64,000 bases of DNA from Verrucomicrobiota bacterium. Its GTDB lineage: Bacteria > Verrucomicrobiota > Verrucomicrobiia > Limisphaerales > JAHDYP01. Positions 1-10,900 of this stretch are shown here, one piece after another; within the stretch, counting starts at the first letter, position 1; each line of letters opens with the position of its first letter. The stretch covers positions 11,341 to 75,340 of the forward strand of contig JAHDYP010000008.1 in NCBI GenBank assembly GCA_023383055.1, read 5' to 3'. A model generated the notes under the pieces. It was not told where the DNA came from. It searched no databases and was given only the letters and a program-made list of their open reading frames with translations. The position numbers and the translations under genes are program-made.

Positions 1-249
1 AAGGACGGTGAAATAGAGCGCCGGCTTCCTCGGCGTCGCATTGGCAAAGACGATCTGGTGCGCCAGTGTGGTTTTGCCGCAACCGGGCGTTCCCGCGATG
101 ATGTTGAAGGAAAGTTCCGGAACACCGCCGCCCAGAATCTCATCCAGCCCGCGCACGCCGGTCGGCAGTTTGCGGATCGTGACTTTGGCGGGTTGGTTCC
201 GGACCTTTTTCGGCGAAGCGGGTTTGGTCGGGCGACTTTGCTTTTTCAT
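1..249 (-). CDS. KaiC-like RecA-superfamily ATPase, N-terminal 83 codons only (gene runs off the window start)
   Basis: Not in the ORF track because it is open at the window edge. Reverse complement of 1-249 reads MKKQSRPTKPASPKKVRNQPAKVTIRKLPTGVRGLDEILGGGVPELSFNIIAGTPGCGKTTLAHQIVFANATPRKPALYFTVL. GxxGLDEILGGG followed by Walker A GxPGxGKTT is the KaiC/RadA-like layout. ATG at 249-247. Confidence 0.65.
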   Translation of the reverse strand, partial: MKKQSRPTKPASPKKVRNQPAKVTIRKLPTGVRGLDEILGGGVPELSFNIIAGTPGCGKTTLAHQIVFANATPRKPALYFTVL

Positions 250-263
250 TATTGCCTCGGTTT

Positions 264-701
264 TCATCCCCTGTTCCCTTCACCGAAATCCAAATCGTCG
301 AGTGGAACCTTCGGCCAGACGTCGCGCACCAGGCGCAGCGTCAAACTTGCGCCAATGAAAGCCACCAGCAGCCCCAGCAGGTGGGCGAGCAGAACCTCTC
401 CGCCCTCGGTGAAGTCGTTCCGGTCAAGTTGCGCCTCGAATTCATCCAACCTTTCCAAAGGCCCGTCCGTTTTGATCCGCACCACCCGCAACCAGGGAAC
501 TTCCCGGGCGGACAGCGCCAGCGCGCGCGCCAGGACCGTGCGAAATCCGGCGTTGCCCATGAACGTCGCCAGATGCAGACGCAGTTTCTCACAACCGCGA
601 AAGGCCGCCGGGATTTGTGCCCCATAGGATTTGGTGTCGCCCGCCTCCTGACCGATGAGCCGCCGGGCGAAATTCCGCATGAGAGGAGTCGCGTGGTTCA
701 T
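264..701 (-). CDS. hypothetical protein (145 aa), immediately upstream of the KaiC-like gene
   Basis: ORF track 264..701(-). Same strand as the KaiC-like gene, 14 nt ahead of it. No motif I recognise. One hydrophobic stretch (LLAHLLGLLVAFIGASLTL). Confidence 0.4.
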   Translation of the reverse strand: MNHATPLMRNFARRLIGQEAGDTKSYGAQIPAAFRGCEKLRLHLATFMGNAGFRTVLARALALSAREVPWLRVVRIKTDGPLERLDEFEAQLDRNDFTEGGEVLLAHLLGLLVAFIGASLTLRLVRDVWPKVPLDDLDFGEGNRG

Positions 702-1007
702 GGGGAAACGCGCCTGGGCGGGACGTCACTCCCCGGGCGGCGGTGTGGTTGTGGGTTTGTGTTTTCAGATAACGGGCGGGCCGCCTGGAGGGTAATTGCA
801 CGGCTTGCGCGCGGGATGACTTTTCGTATTGCGGGATCCACGATGAGTATCCCGTCCCGGGCCGCGCCTGGCCGTGATCGCTGGCCGTCGCTCAATCTCA
901 TCATGTTGGCGGTACTCACCCCATAAGCATAGCCCTGGATGTCCGGTGGGGATATGGGGTGAAACCCTACCATGCCATGACCAGCACCCGATAGCATTTC
1001 GGTGGGG

Positions 1008-1751
1008 TCAGGGCGGCCCATTCCACTGCCAACAATTCACGTGCGAATCCTCCGGCCGAATCGCCAGCGCACCGACGAACTCGGCTGCCGGCCTCAATGA
1101 ATGAAGCCGCCACGGCGGCAAAGTCGCCGGAACACCAAGCAGTTCGGCAGCGTCACCGGGCGCCAGCGAAACCTCGATTTGGTCAAGTTGATCGTTTAAT
1201 CCCGAACCGATAGCCTTCAGATAGGCTTCCTTGCGCGTCCAGCAATTGAAGAAAGCTTCCCTGCGCTGCTCCGCGGGCAGCGCCTGCAGGAGACACTTTT
1301 CACGCGGCGAGAAAAAGCCTGACACGATTTGCTCCGCATCATCCATCGCGCGGATGCGTTCGACATCCACGCCCAGCTCGTGTTTCGCGATGGCGTAAAC
1401 CGCAATCGCATCCGAATGGGCCAGGTTGAAATGGAGCGAACGCGCGGCCGCCGGCGCCGCGATGTGTGGCTTTCCAAACTCCCCGCGGGTGAACACGAGG
1501 TGTGCGGGATTAAGCTCGAACAATGCAGCGAGAATTTCTCTCAGTGTGCCGCGGCCGGCGATGAACCGATTGCGGTCACGTTCCAGATAAAAATGATTCG
1601 CGCGTCGCCATTCACCGTATGACAGCAATTGAGCGAGTTCTTCGAGCCGCTTCGAAGGCACATCCAGCGGCGAGCAAAAGACATGGACATTGCCGTCAGC
1701 CGGCCTTAAGCCGCCGGGCGCGGCGTTCCACAAGACATCCACCGTGTTCAT
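1008..1751 (-). CDS. Sfp-type 4'-phosphopantetheinyl transferase
   Basis: Translation carries FGKPHI, FNLAHS, GVDVE and WTRKEAYLKAIG. Start trimmed to ATG 1751-1749 (MNTVDVLW), which overlaps the upstream stop as ATGA. Adjacent to the NRPS/PKS genes. Confidence 0.85.
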   Translation of the reverse strand: MNTVDVLWNAAPGGLRPADGNVHVFCSPLDVPSKRLEELAQLLSYGEWRRANHFYLERDRNRFIAGRGTLREILAALFELNPAHLVFTRGEFGKPHIAAPAAARSLHFNLAHSDAIAVYAIAKHELGVDVERIRAMDDAEQIVSGFFSPREKCLLQALPAEQRREAFFNCWTRKEAYLKAIGSGLNDQLDQIEVSLAPGDAAELLGVPATLPPWRLHSLRPAAEFVGALAIRPEDSHVNCWQWNGPP

Positions 1752-2410
1752 ACGCTCTGATAAAAATGGACCGGGAACTTCACGCGGCTCCACGTGCCGG
1801 GCCGCCAGCACTCGTAAAGATGGAGCCATGGCTTTGCCGCCAGCATCGGGCTGAGCACCGGATTGCCATAGGCGATCCGCAGGGAACGGGGCCGCGCTTC
1901 GAGCGATTGTTCGATGCGTCCCAGCATTTTGTCCATGGTCGCTTCCCCAAACGGTGAAATCAGCACCACGGCGGAGACCGGATCAAAGTCGAAATCCGCC
2001 GCGGACTGGCAGGCGAAGCGAACGGGCGCGCGGCGACCGCGCATTTTCCGGCCGTTCGCCTGTCCGAGGGCAAGCAGGTCCGCGTCAATATCAACGCCGA
2101 TCACTTCCTTGACGCGATAGGTGGCCGCGACACAGACGACCCGGCCCTTGCCGCATCCGATATCCACGACCACGTCCTCGGGCTTCAACTCCAGGCGAGC
2201 AAGGATTCTGAAATACGTGTCGTAGGCGAGACATCCGTAGTCGCGTGCATCGGGATGCAGAACAAGCGCGCCGCCCCGGGTGTGAATGCCCAGTCTTGCC
2301 TCCCAGACAAGGTCGCAGGCGCGGTTGAGCAACGAGGTGCAATAGCGCGGGAATCTGGGGGCGGGCGAGAATCCGTACTCTGGAGTTAGTTCCGCGGCGA
2401 GCGTTGACAT
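1748..2410 (-). CDS. small class-I SAM-dependent methyltransferase (paralog A)
   Basis: Motif I VVDIGCGKGRVV. About 60% identical by eye to the 2628..3248 product (shared CTSLLNRACDL.WEARLGI, RAPVRFACQSAADF, KFPV.FY.SV). Confidence 0.75.
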   Translation of the reverse strand: MSTLAAELTPEYGFSPAPRFPRYCTSLLNRACDLVWEARLGIHTRGGALVLHPDARDYGCLAYDTYFRILARLELKPEDVVVDIGCGKGRVVCVAATYRVKEVIGVDIDADLLALGQANGRKMRGRRAPVRFACQSAADFDFDPVSAVVLISPFGEATMDKMLGRIEQSLEARPRSLRIAYGNPVLSPMLAAKPWLHLYECWRPGTWSRVKFPVHFYQSV

Positions 2411-2627
2411 ACCGGCAAACTATGGACTTGGCGGACATGGCCGCCAGTAGGTGAATACCTACCTTCCGGGGACTTTTGACCGGCCCGTGCGCACGGCGCT
2501 GCGCGGTATGCCCAACTGCGATTAATTGCACCCGACCAGGGCGGCCCGGACGCGCCCGCCCGATCTGCACTATGCCCAAAGTCTCCCTTGACACCCGCTC
2601 CCGCCGACTGAGAGTTAATCCGTTGGA

Positions 2628-3248
2628 ATGAAATCGTTTCCGCAATGCTGCACATCATTGCTCAACCGCGCCTGTGATCTTTTTTGGGAGGCGCGGCTTG
2701 GTATCCGCACGCTCGGCGGCGAGAGCAGCCTTCACCCGGATGCCGAGGATTACGGCTACCTCGCCTATCACACCTATTTTTCCATGTTCGACCGGCTCGC
2801 CCTGCAGCCGTCGGACGTCGTTGCCGATCTCGGCTGCGGCAAGGGCCGGGTCGTTTGCATCGCTGCCACGTATCGCGTCAAGGAAGTAATCGGCATTGAA
2901 ATTGATCCTTCGCTCTGCGCGCAGGCGGAAACCAACGCCGCCCGAATGCGCCGCCGCCGCGCGCCCGTTCGCTTCGCCTGCCAGTCGGCCGCGGATTTTA
3001 ATTACAGCGACGTGACCGCAGTGGTGATGTTTCACCCGTTCGGGGCCGACACCCTGCGTGAGGTGCTCGGCAACTGGCGGAGATCGCTACAGGCAAGACC
3101 GCGCGTGCTACGGGTCGTTTACAGCAATCCCTTGCTCGGCTCGATGATAGCCGGGCAACCGTGGATTGAACTTTGTGAGTGCTGGAATCCAAGCACGTGG
3201 AGCCGCCTGAAGTTTCCCGTTAATTTTTACCGCAGTGTGCCCGCCTGA
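2628..3248 (+). CDS. small class-I SAM-dependent methyltransferase (paralog B)
   Basis: Motif I VADLGCGKGRVV. Paralog of 1748..2410, divergently transcribed from a 217-bp spacer. The 3' end converges on and overlaps the ABC transporter 3' end by 22 nt. Confidence 0.75.
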   Translation: MKSFPQCCTSLLNRACDLFWEARLGIRTLGGESSLHPDAEDYGYLAYHTYFSMFDRLALQPSDVVADLGCGKGRVVCIAATYRVKEVIGIEIDPSLCAQAETNAARMRRRRAPVRFACQSAADFNYSDVTAVVMFHPFGADTLREVLGNWRRSLQARPRVLRVVYSNPLLGSMIAGQPWIELCECWNPSTWSRLKFPVNFYRSVPA

Positions 3249-4948
3249 CGGGAAGCGCCAGCCGTTTCGGCGTTGGCCTCCGCTTCGCCGGCCACCATGG
3301 CTCGTTCCGTTTGCGGGAGATTCACACGCTTGTCGGAGAGCAACTGGCCGAAATCGAGTTTGATGAGGCGATCGGCGCAGGCGAAATACTGTTCATCGTG
3401 CGTGATGACGACAATCGTTTTGCCGCGCGCTCTCAATTCCGGAAGCAGTTGGCGATAGAAAATGTCTTTGAACTGCGGGTCCTGATCGGACGCCCACTCG
3501 TCAAACAGATAGAACGGGCGGTTCTCCAGGTAGGCGGTGAGGAGCGCCAGTCGTTTTCGTTGACCTTGCGATAGGTTCACCGTCGAGAGGTGGCCGTCCC
3601 GGATCTTGACCTTGTGGTCCAGTTGCAATTGCACCAGGTAACTCTTCGCCCGGGTGTCGAGATCGGCTTGCTCCACGCCGAGCAAGCTTTCGAACAGGTA
3701 AAAGTCGCCGAAGACGGCTGAAAAAAGCTGTCGGTATTGCTCGCGGTTTTCCTCGAAGATCGGTTTGCCATCGAGGCGGATTTCACCAATCTCCGGCTCA
3801 TAGAGTCCGGTGAGGATTTTTGCCAGCGTGGATTTGCCGCTGCCATTTCCCCCGACGATAAAAACCAATTCGCCCGGACGGAACGTCAGGCTCATCGGGC
3901 CGAGCACAAAATGGCTGCCATCCTTTTCGCCGTGATACGAGTGGGTCACGCCGACCAGGTCCAGCCGCTCGAACGGCATCTCCTCCCCCGCCGGGATTGC
4001 CTCGGGCCCCGGTGCCGGTGCGTTGGCGGTAAGCGAAAAGCCGAGTTGCTGGATTTTGTGCAGCGAGACATTGGCCCGGCCAAACAACGAAAAGGTGCTC
4101 AACACTCCCGCCAGCGGCCCCATCAGATACAGGGTGGTGATGATGTAACCCGTAAGCGCCTCCTTGCCGATGGTGCTGAAGGCCGGCAGCAGGAAGAGCA
4201 TCGAGCCAACGAACACATAAAACATCAAATGGCTCCAATGCTGCGAAATGGTAAACCGACGCTCCGCGGTCATGTTATGCCGCTGATACGCCTCGGTTGC
4301 GTCGTAAACTCCCCGCGCGAAAAACACCTCGCGCCGCGCGCGATGCAGTTTGAGTTCCTTGATGCCGAGCGTCAGCGCGCGAAAGTGGCCGAACAGCTTG
4401 TCTTCCTCTTCCCGCGCCAGGAGCAACGAGCGAAACGCACCCTTCATCAGGAAGCTGTAGGCAATCGCACCCAAAACGATCAAACCGAGCAGGCTGAGCA
4501 AAACCTGCCAGGAAAGCCACGCCAGATAAACCGCGCCGCCCAAAAGCAACGCGCCATTGACGGCGGTCAGCGACACGGCCAGCAGCGCCTGCGCGATGTG
4601 ATAGATGTCGTCCGTCAGCGCCACCTGCAAACGGGCCGGGCCGACTTCTTCCATCTTACGCAGCGGCGCGTTCAGGATCGAACGGACCAGATCGCGGCGC
4701 AGGTTGGCAATGACGCCCTGGGAAAAACGCACGGCCACGATTTGCGAATAGAAGCTGGTCAGCAATCGGCCCAATCCCAGGGCGACAAAAGCGCTGATAA
4801 TGGCCGCCGTGGTGCGCCCTTGATGGTTCAGCGCGATATTCACCATGGCGATCAAACCGGCGTTGCACGCACCGCTCAACAACGCCGCCACGGTCGTGAG
4901 AATCAACATTCGCCGGCAGTTGCGCAGAACAAATAGGAATAGAACCAT
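3227..4948 (-). CDS. cyclic-peptide-type ABC exporter (fused permease + ATPase, SyrD/PvdE-like layout)
   Basis: Hydrophobic N-terminal half, then an NBD with Walker A GGNGSGKST, signature LSQGQRKRL and Walker B YLFDEWASDQD. Start trimmed to ATG 4948 (MVLFLFV), 20 nt after the megasynthase stop at 4969. Confidence 0.85.
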   Translation of the reverse strand: MVLFLFVLRNCRRMLILTTVAALLSGACNAGLIAMVNIALNHQGRTTAAIISAFVALGLGRLLTSFYSQIVAVRFSQGVIANLRRDLVRSILNAPLRKMEEVGPARLQVALTDDIYHIAQALLAVSLTAVNGALLLGGAVYLAWLSWQVLLSLLGLIVLGAIAYSFLMKGAFRSLLLAREEEDKLFGHFRALTLGIKELKLHRARREVFFARGVYDATEAYQRHNMTAERRFTISQHWSHLMFYVFVGSMLFLLPAFSTIGKEALTGYIITTLYLMGPLAGVLSTFSLFGRANVSLHKIQQLGFSLTANAPAPGPEAIPAGEEMPFERLDLVGVTHSYHGEKDGSHFVLGPMSLTFRPGELVFIVGGNGSGKSTLAKILTGLYEPEIGEIRLDGKPIFEENREQYRQLFSAVFGDFYLFESLLGVEQADLDTRAKSYLVQLQLDHKVKIRDGHLSTVNLSQGQRKRLALLTAYLENRPFYLFDEWASDQDPQFKDIFYRQLLPELRARGKTIVVITHDEQYFACADRLIKLDFGQLLSDKRVNLPQTERAMVAGEAEANAETAGASRQAGTLR

Positions 4949-4968
4949 AAGCTGATGGGTCAGCGGGT

Positions 4969-7900
4969 TTACGTAACGAGGACCGCGGGTGGCGGGTTTG
5001 TTTCGTGGGTTTCTCCGGCGCACGGCACCTGGGGCAGCTCCTCGGCGGCCAGGGCGATGGTGGGCGAATCGAATAAACCGGCGACCGGCAGTTCCACACC
5101 AAAGGCCTGCCCCATTCGGGCGATGGCCTGCACCGCCAGCAGCGAGTTGCCGCCGAGATGGAAGAAATTGTCGTGGATTCCGACGTGCGTCAAACCGAGC
5201 ACTTCAGCCCAGATTTTGGCGACCGCCTTTTGCGTTGGGGTCTGCGGGGGCTGGTAACCTCCCGCCAGTTCCAGCCGGGACGGCTCGGGCGCGGGCATCC
5301 GCTGGCGATCCACCTTGCCGCTGGGCGTCAGCGGAAAGACTTCGAGTGGGACGAACACCGCCGGCACCATGTATTCCGGTAATTTGTCCTTCAAGAAAAG
5401 GTGCAGTTCCCCGCTCGCGCACGGCTTGGCCGGTTGGGAAATGTAATAGGCCACCAAACGTTTGGGCCCCGGCTGGTCCGCACGCGCCATCACCACAGCG
5501 TCGCGGACCTTTGCGTGTTGCCGCAAGGTGGCTTCGACTTCTCCCAGTTCGACCCGGAAGCCGCGAATCTTTACCTGCTCATCCCAGCGGCCCAGGAAAT
5601 CGATGTTTCCGTCCGGCTGGTAGCGGGCCAGATCACCGGTCTTGTAGAGCCGGGCTCTGGTGTCCTCGTTGAACGGATGGGGAAAAAACCGGCACGCGGT
5701 CAAGTCCGGCCGATGGAGATAGCCGCGCGCCAGACAATCCCCGCCAATGTAAATTTCTCCCGCGACGCCGACCGGCACCGGCTGGCGCTCTTCATCGAGC
5801 AGATAGATTTCAGTGTTGGCGATCGGCCGGCCAATGGACGGCAGCGCCGGCCAGCGGCTGGGCGGACCGTTCAGGGTGCAGGCGGTCACGACGTGGCTCT
5901 CGCTGGGCCCGTAGTGATTGCACAGCATGCAATCCTTCAGGTGCTCAAATAGCCGCACAATGGCCGGCGTCGTCTGCAACTGTTCGCCCGCCGTAATGAT
6001 TTCGCGCAGTCTCCAGTCGCCCGAGGTTCCCGGCTTAAAGGCTTCGGCCAGTTGCTGCAGGGCCACAAAGGGCAGGAACAGGCGTTCAATCTTCATTTCG
6101 CCGATGAATTGCCACAAGGCCACGGGATCGCGCCGCAGGGTTTCGTTCACCAGCACCAGCGTTCCGCCCGCGCACCAGGTGGAAAACATTTCCTGAAACG
6201 ACACATCAAAACTCAGCGAAGCGAATTGCAGCGTCCGCCCGCCTTCCTTCAATGTGGAATTTCGCAATTGCCACGCGATCAGGTTGACCAGCGCACGGTG
6301 CGGCATCGCCACGCCTTTGGGCCCGCCGGTGGAGCCGGAGGTGTGGATGACATAAGCGAGATGCTCCGGATGCGTAGCCGCCACCGGCTGGGGGGCCTCC
6401 TGCGGAGCGGTGTCCGCCAGCGAATCCACACAGACGATTCTAAGGGTCGCGATCGGAAACAGGAGACGGTCTTGCAGCGATGCCTTGGTCAGCAGCACCG
6501 GCATGCCGGCATTTTCAACCATCACTTGCAGCCGTTCGGACGGATAGGCCGGATCCAGCGGCACATACGCTCCGCCGGCTTTCAGGATGGCCAGCACGCC
6601 AATGACCATGTCGAACGACCGTTCGATGCAGATGCCCACCGGCACGTCGGGGCCTACATTGAATCCCCGCAAGTGTTGGGCAAGTCGTTCGGCGCGCCCG
6701 TTCAGTTCCCCATAGGTGAGTGATTGGTCACCGAACACCACCGCCACCGCGTCCGGCGTGCGCCCGACTTGTTCCTCGAACAACTGATGAATGCAGCTTT
6801 CGCGCGAATAATCCGCCCTCGTGCGGTTCCATTCCACGAGCAATCGGTGTTTCTCTTCCGGGCTTATTGGCGGTGCGGCACGCCGGTCCGATCTTCCCCC
6901 GGCCGTGACAGGATCGGGCTGCAAGTAAGGTTCGATCAGCTTCGCCAGCAGCTTGACGTGCGGCACGTCGAGAATGCTCTCGTGCTCACCCGGAACGACG
7001 TGGACCGTGACGCCACCCGACGCGAACTCGCCCCAACCGCAGGCATTGTCGAAGGAGCAGACGAGCGGATGACCGCGTGTGCGAAACAGCGTGACGTGGC
7101 CGCCGTAAGGTTTCGGCCGGTAATCGGCGTAGGCGCGCAGGTGGGTGGCCCACAGTTCGCGGCGGTCTTCCGGTTGCGTGGTCAGGTCCACCCAGTCGTC
7201 CACGTCCAGTGCCACCGTCACTCCGCGCATGCGGTTCAAGAGATTGAAGCAATGTTTCTTGATGACGCGCGCCCGCCAGAGCACCAGTTGCCGCCGTTGC
7301 TCCGGTTTGAGGTGAAGCACATGCCCCAGGCGGTTGCTGAAGTTCCGGAGAAGGTTGACGCAGAACCTGGGCGTCGGTCGAACGTGGTAATAACCGGAGT
7401 TCGGCAGCGGACAATTAAACAGGGCCAGGAAGGAAACCGTTTGGCCCTGCGCTTCGAGCAGGCGCGCCATTTCGTAAGCCACATTGCCGCCGAAGCAGTA
7501 ACCGCCCAGACGATAACTGCCCCAGGGCTGAAACGCGCGCAAGTCCGCCACATATTGCAGGGCCATCGCTTCCAGCGTGCCGAACTCCTCGCTGTCCAAG
7601 CCGCGGGAATTAAACGCGTAAACGGGCTGGTCCGGCCCGAGGAAGCGGGCGAGGTTGGCGTAACCCCAAAGCATGCCCCCGCCGATGCCATGCACCAGAA
7701 ACAGCGGTGGCTTTGACCCGTGGGATTGAATCTCCACAATCGAGGAGGCAAACCGTGGGTTCTTCTGTTCGCCGCCACGAAGCAACGCCGCCAATTGTTC
7801 GATGGTGGGCGACTGGAAGATGGCCGCCGTGGTGAGCTTCCGGCCGAACGTCTTTTCGATCCGCGCCACGATGCGCGCGGCAAGCAGCGAATTTCCGCCC

Positions 7901-10900
7901 AGATCGAAAAACTGATGCCGCACCCCGATGGGGCGGGTATTCAACATTCCCTCCCAGATCGTCGTCAACTGCCGCTCCGTCTCATCCCGCGGGGCGACGA
8001 ATTCGCCCGCCAGCACAGGTGTTCCCGGGTCGGTCCCGGGCAATCCTTTCCGGTCCACTTTCCCGTTCGGCGTCAGCGGCAATTCAGCCATCGCGACGAA
8101 CGCCGCGGGTACCATGTACTCGGGCAACGCCTCCTTCAGGAACGAACGGAACTCGCCATTCGCGATCAACGCCCCGGGTTTCGCCACGAAATAAGCCACC
8201 AGGCGGTGGTCGCCGGGTGTATCTTCCCGCGCGACGACCACGGCCTGCTTGACGGCGGGATGCCGCACCAGCGCCAGTTCAATCTCGCCCGGCTCAATGC
8301 GAAACCCGCGAATCTTCACCTGTTCATCAATCCGCCCGATGAAGTCCAGATTGCCATCCGGCAGCCGCCGAACGCGGTCGCCCGTCTTGTACAGCCGTGC
8401 GCCGGGATCGTCATCGAACGGATTGGGAATGAACTTCGCTCCGGTCAGATCCGGACGGTTGAGATAGCCGCGCGCCAACCCCGCGCCGCCCAGGTGAAGT
8501 TCGCCCGCTTCACCATCCGGGACCGGACGCAGTCGCTCGTCGAGCACCAATGCCTGAACGTTGGCGATCGGTTGGCCGATGGGCACCGAATGAGTCTCGG
8601 GAAGTGGCGTGGAGGAATCGGCCTCGTAGAGCGTCGCCGTGATCGTCGCCTCGGTTGGTCCGTAAGCGTTGAACCATCGCACGCGGTTGCCGGTGAGTTT
8701 TCGCCATTGAGCCAGGGCCTCGGGAAGCACCCGCTCGTTTCCGGTGACCAACAAGCGGAGTGAGGCCGGTACCGCCGCCCCGGAGCTCTCCAGATCGTCA
8801 ATGAGTTCATGCCACCATGAGGCCGGCAGGTTCAACACGGTGATCCGCTCTTGCTCGACGAAACGCAGGAACAGGTCGAAGGACCCGGTGCATGCCTCGG
8901 AACGTAACACGACCGTCGCGCCACTGATCCAGGCCGGGAAGATCTCTTCGCCGGCGACATCAAAACTGAGCGAGGTGAACTGCAGGACGCGGTCGCCCGG
9001 TGACAATTGATAAATCCCCGCCACGGCCCGGCTGTGATTGGCGAGACTGCCATGACAGATCAGCACGCCTTTGGGTTTGCCAGTGGAGCCGGAAGTGTAG
9101 ATCAAATAGGCGAGATCTTCCGCCTTTGGCTTGGGAACGGGATTCTTCCCGCCCGCCTTTCTTATCTTTTCCCGGTCCGAATCAAGCAGGACGACCGTGG
9201 TGGGACGGCGGACGCCGTCGGATGCCGCCCGCTCATTCACATCGGAAAGCAAATCCGACAGATCTCGTTGTGTGAGGATGACCGGCGGCTGGGCATCGTC
9301 GAGAATGAATCGCAAGCGGTCCTTGGGATAAGCCGGGTCCAGGGGAACGTAGGCGCCGCCGGCCTTGAGCACGCCGAGAATCGCCACGGTCATGCGCCAC
9401 GAGCGTTCCAGGCAAATGCCCACCAGGGTCTCCGCCTTGACGCCAAGTGAACGCAGGTAATTCCCCACCTGATTGGCGTGCGCGTTGAGCTCGGTGTAGG
9501 TGAGGGACATGCCTTCGCCGATCACCGCCACCGCGTCCGGTGAGCGGGTGACTTGCGCTTCAAACATCTGAACGATCGAACTCTCTTTCCGGGCGCCATT
9601 TCGACGCAAGGGATGGGACCGAGGATTTTTGTTTACCGCAATTGGAAGCGACGATCTGGCCGGTTCGAAGCGGGCCGTGAATTGCAATGGTTCGTTGTGT
9701 TGCGCGCGCGCCAGTTCGCCCCGGAGCTCCTCCGCCAGCACGCTGACGTGCGGTTCGTCAAGAATCTGCTCATGCGCGCCGGGCACGAGGTGAACCGCGG
9801 CCCCGCCGCCGGCGAAAGCGTGCCAGCCGTAAGCGTCGTCGAACGAACACCAAAACGGATGGCCGTGGCTGCGCAGGAGCATCACGCGACCCGCGTAGGG
9901 CTTCGTGCGGTGTCGAAACAGGGCGTGGATATGCGTGCGCCAGAGCTGGCGTTGCTCGGGTGGATAGGCGGTCAGGTCCACCAGCTCGTCCACAATCACC
10001 TCGGAGGTCGCGCGCCTGGCAAACACGCGCGCGATCCTCCGCGCAAAGGTGCGCGCGTACCAGCCGATGAACAGGCGACGCTCCGGTCCCGGCCGCCGGA
10101 GCAAACAGCCGGTGAAGTAACATAAATTCCCCGCGAAGCGCGCGAGCCACATCGGTGTGGGCGCGGCGCGGTCATAGGCGGAGTTGGGCGGGATGGAATT
10201 CAGCAGCGCCAACAGCGCCACCCGCTCACCCTGTTCGTGAAGTTGCCGCGCCATTTCATAGGCAACGTTGCCGCCAAAGCAGTAGCCACCCAGGTAATAC
10301 GGTCCTTGGGGCTGAAAGTTCCGGAGGTCGGCGACATAGTGCGCGGCCATCTCCTCGATGGTGCCGAACTCCTCCTGGCCATCCAGTCCGCGCGATTTGA
10401 AGGCATAAACCGGCTGGTCGGTGCCGAGGTGCAGCGCCAACGCGGTGTAGCCCCAGAGCATCCCGCCGCCAGCACCATGCACGAGCATCAGTGGCGGCCG
10501 ACTGCCCTGCGGCTGGATTTCCACGATGCTGGTTGCGCGCGGCGGCTGGCTCTCCTGGCGCAGCAACTTCGCCATCTGCGCGACGGTTCGAGAGTCAAAC
10601 ACCGAAGCGACGGGAATTCGCTTCCCAAACATGGTTTCCACCCGGGCAATCAGCCGCAAGGCCAGCAACGAATGTCCACCCAGTTCAAAGAAATCATCGC
10701 TGGCTCCAACGCGGCTGTGGCCCAAGATCTCCTGCCAGATTGCAGCCAACTGCCTTTCAACCTCGTCGCTGACGGGGACGGCCGGTCGGCGGGATTCGCT
10801 TTCGGGTTCGCCTGGATCGGGCAGTGCTTTGCGGTCCACCTTGCCGTTGGCGGTGAGTGGCAGCGATTGAAGCCGCACAAATCTGGATGGGATCATGTAG

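Noticed and set aside
3737-4936. 399-aa plus-strand ORF
   Set aside because: It is antisense to the strongly supported ABC exporter. The translation is low-complexity and R/Q/G-rich with no motifs. This is a typical shadow ORF of high-GC DNA.
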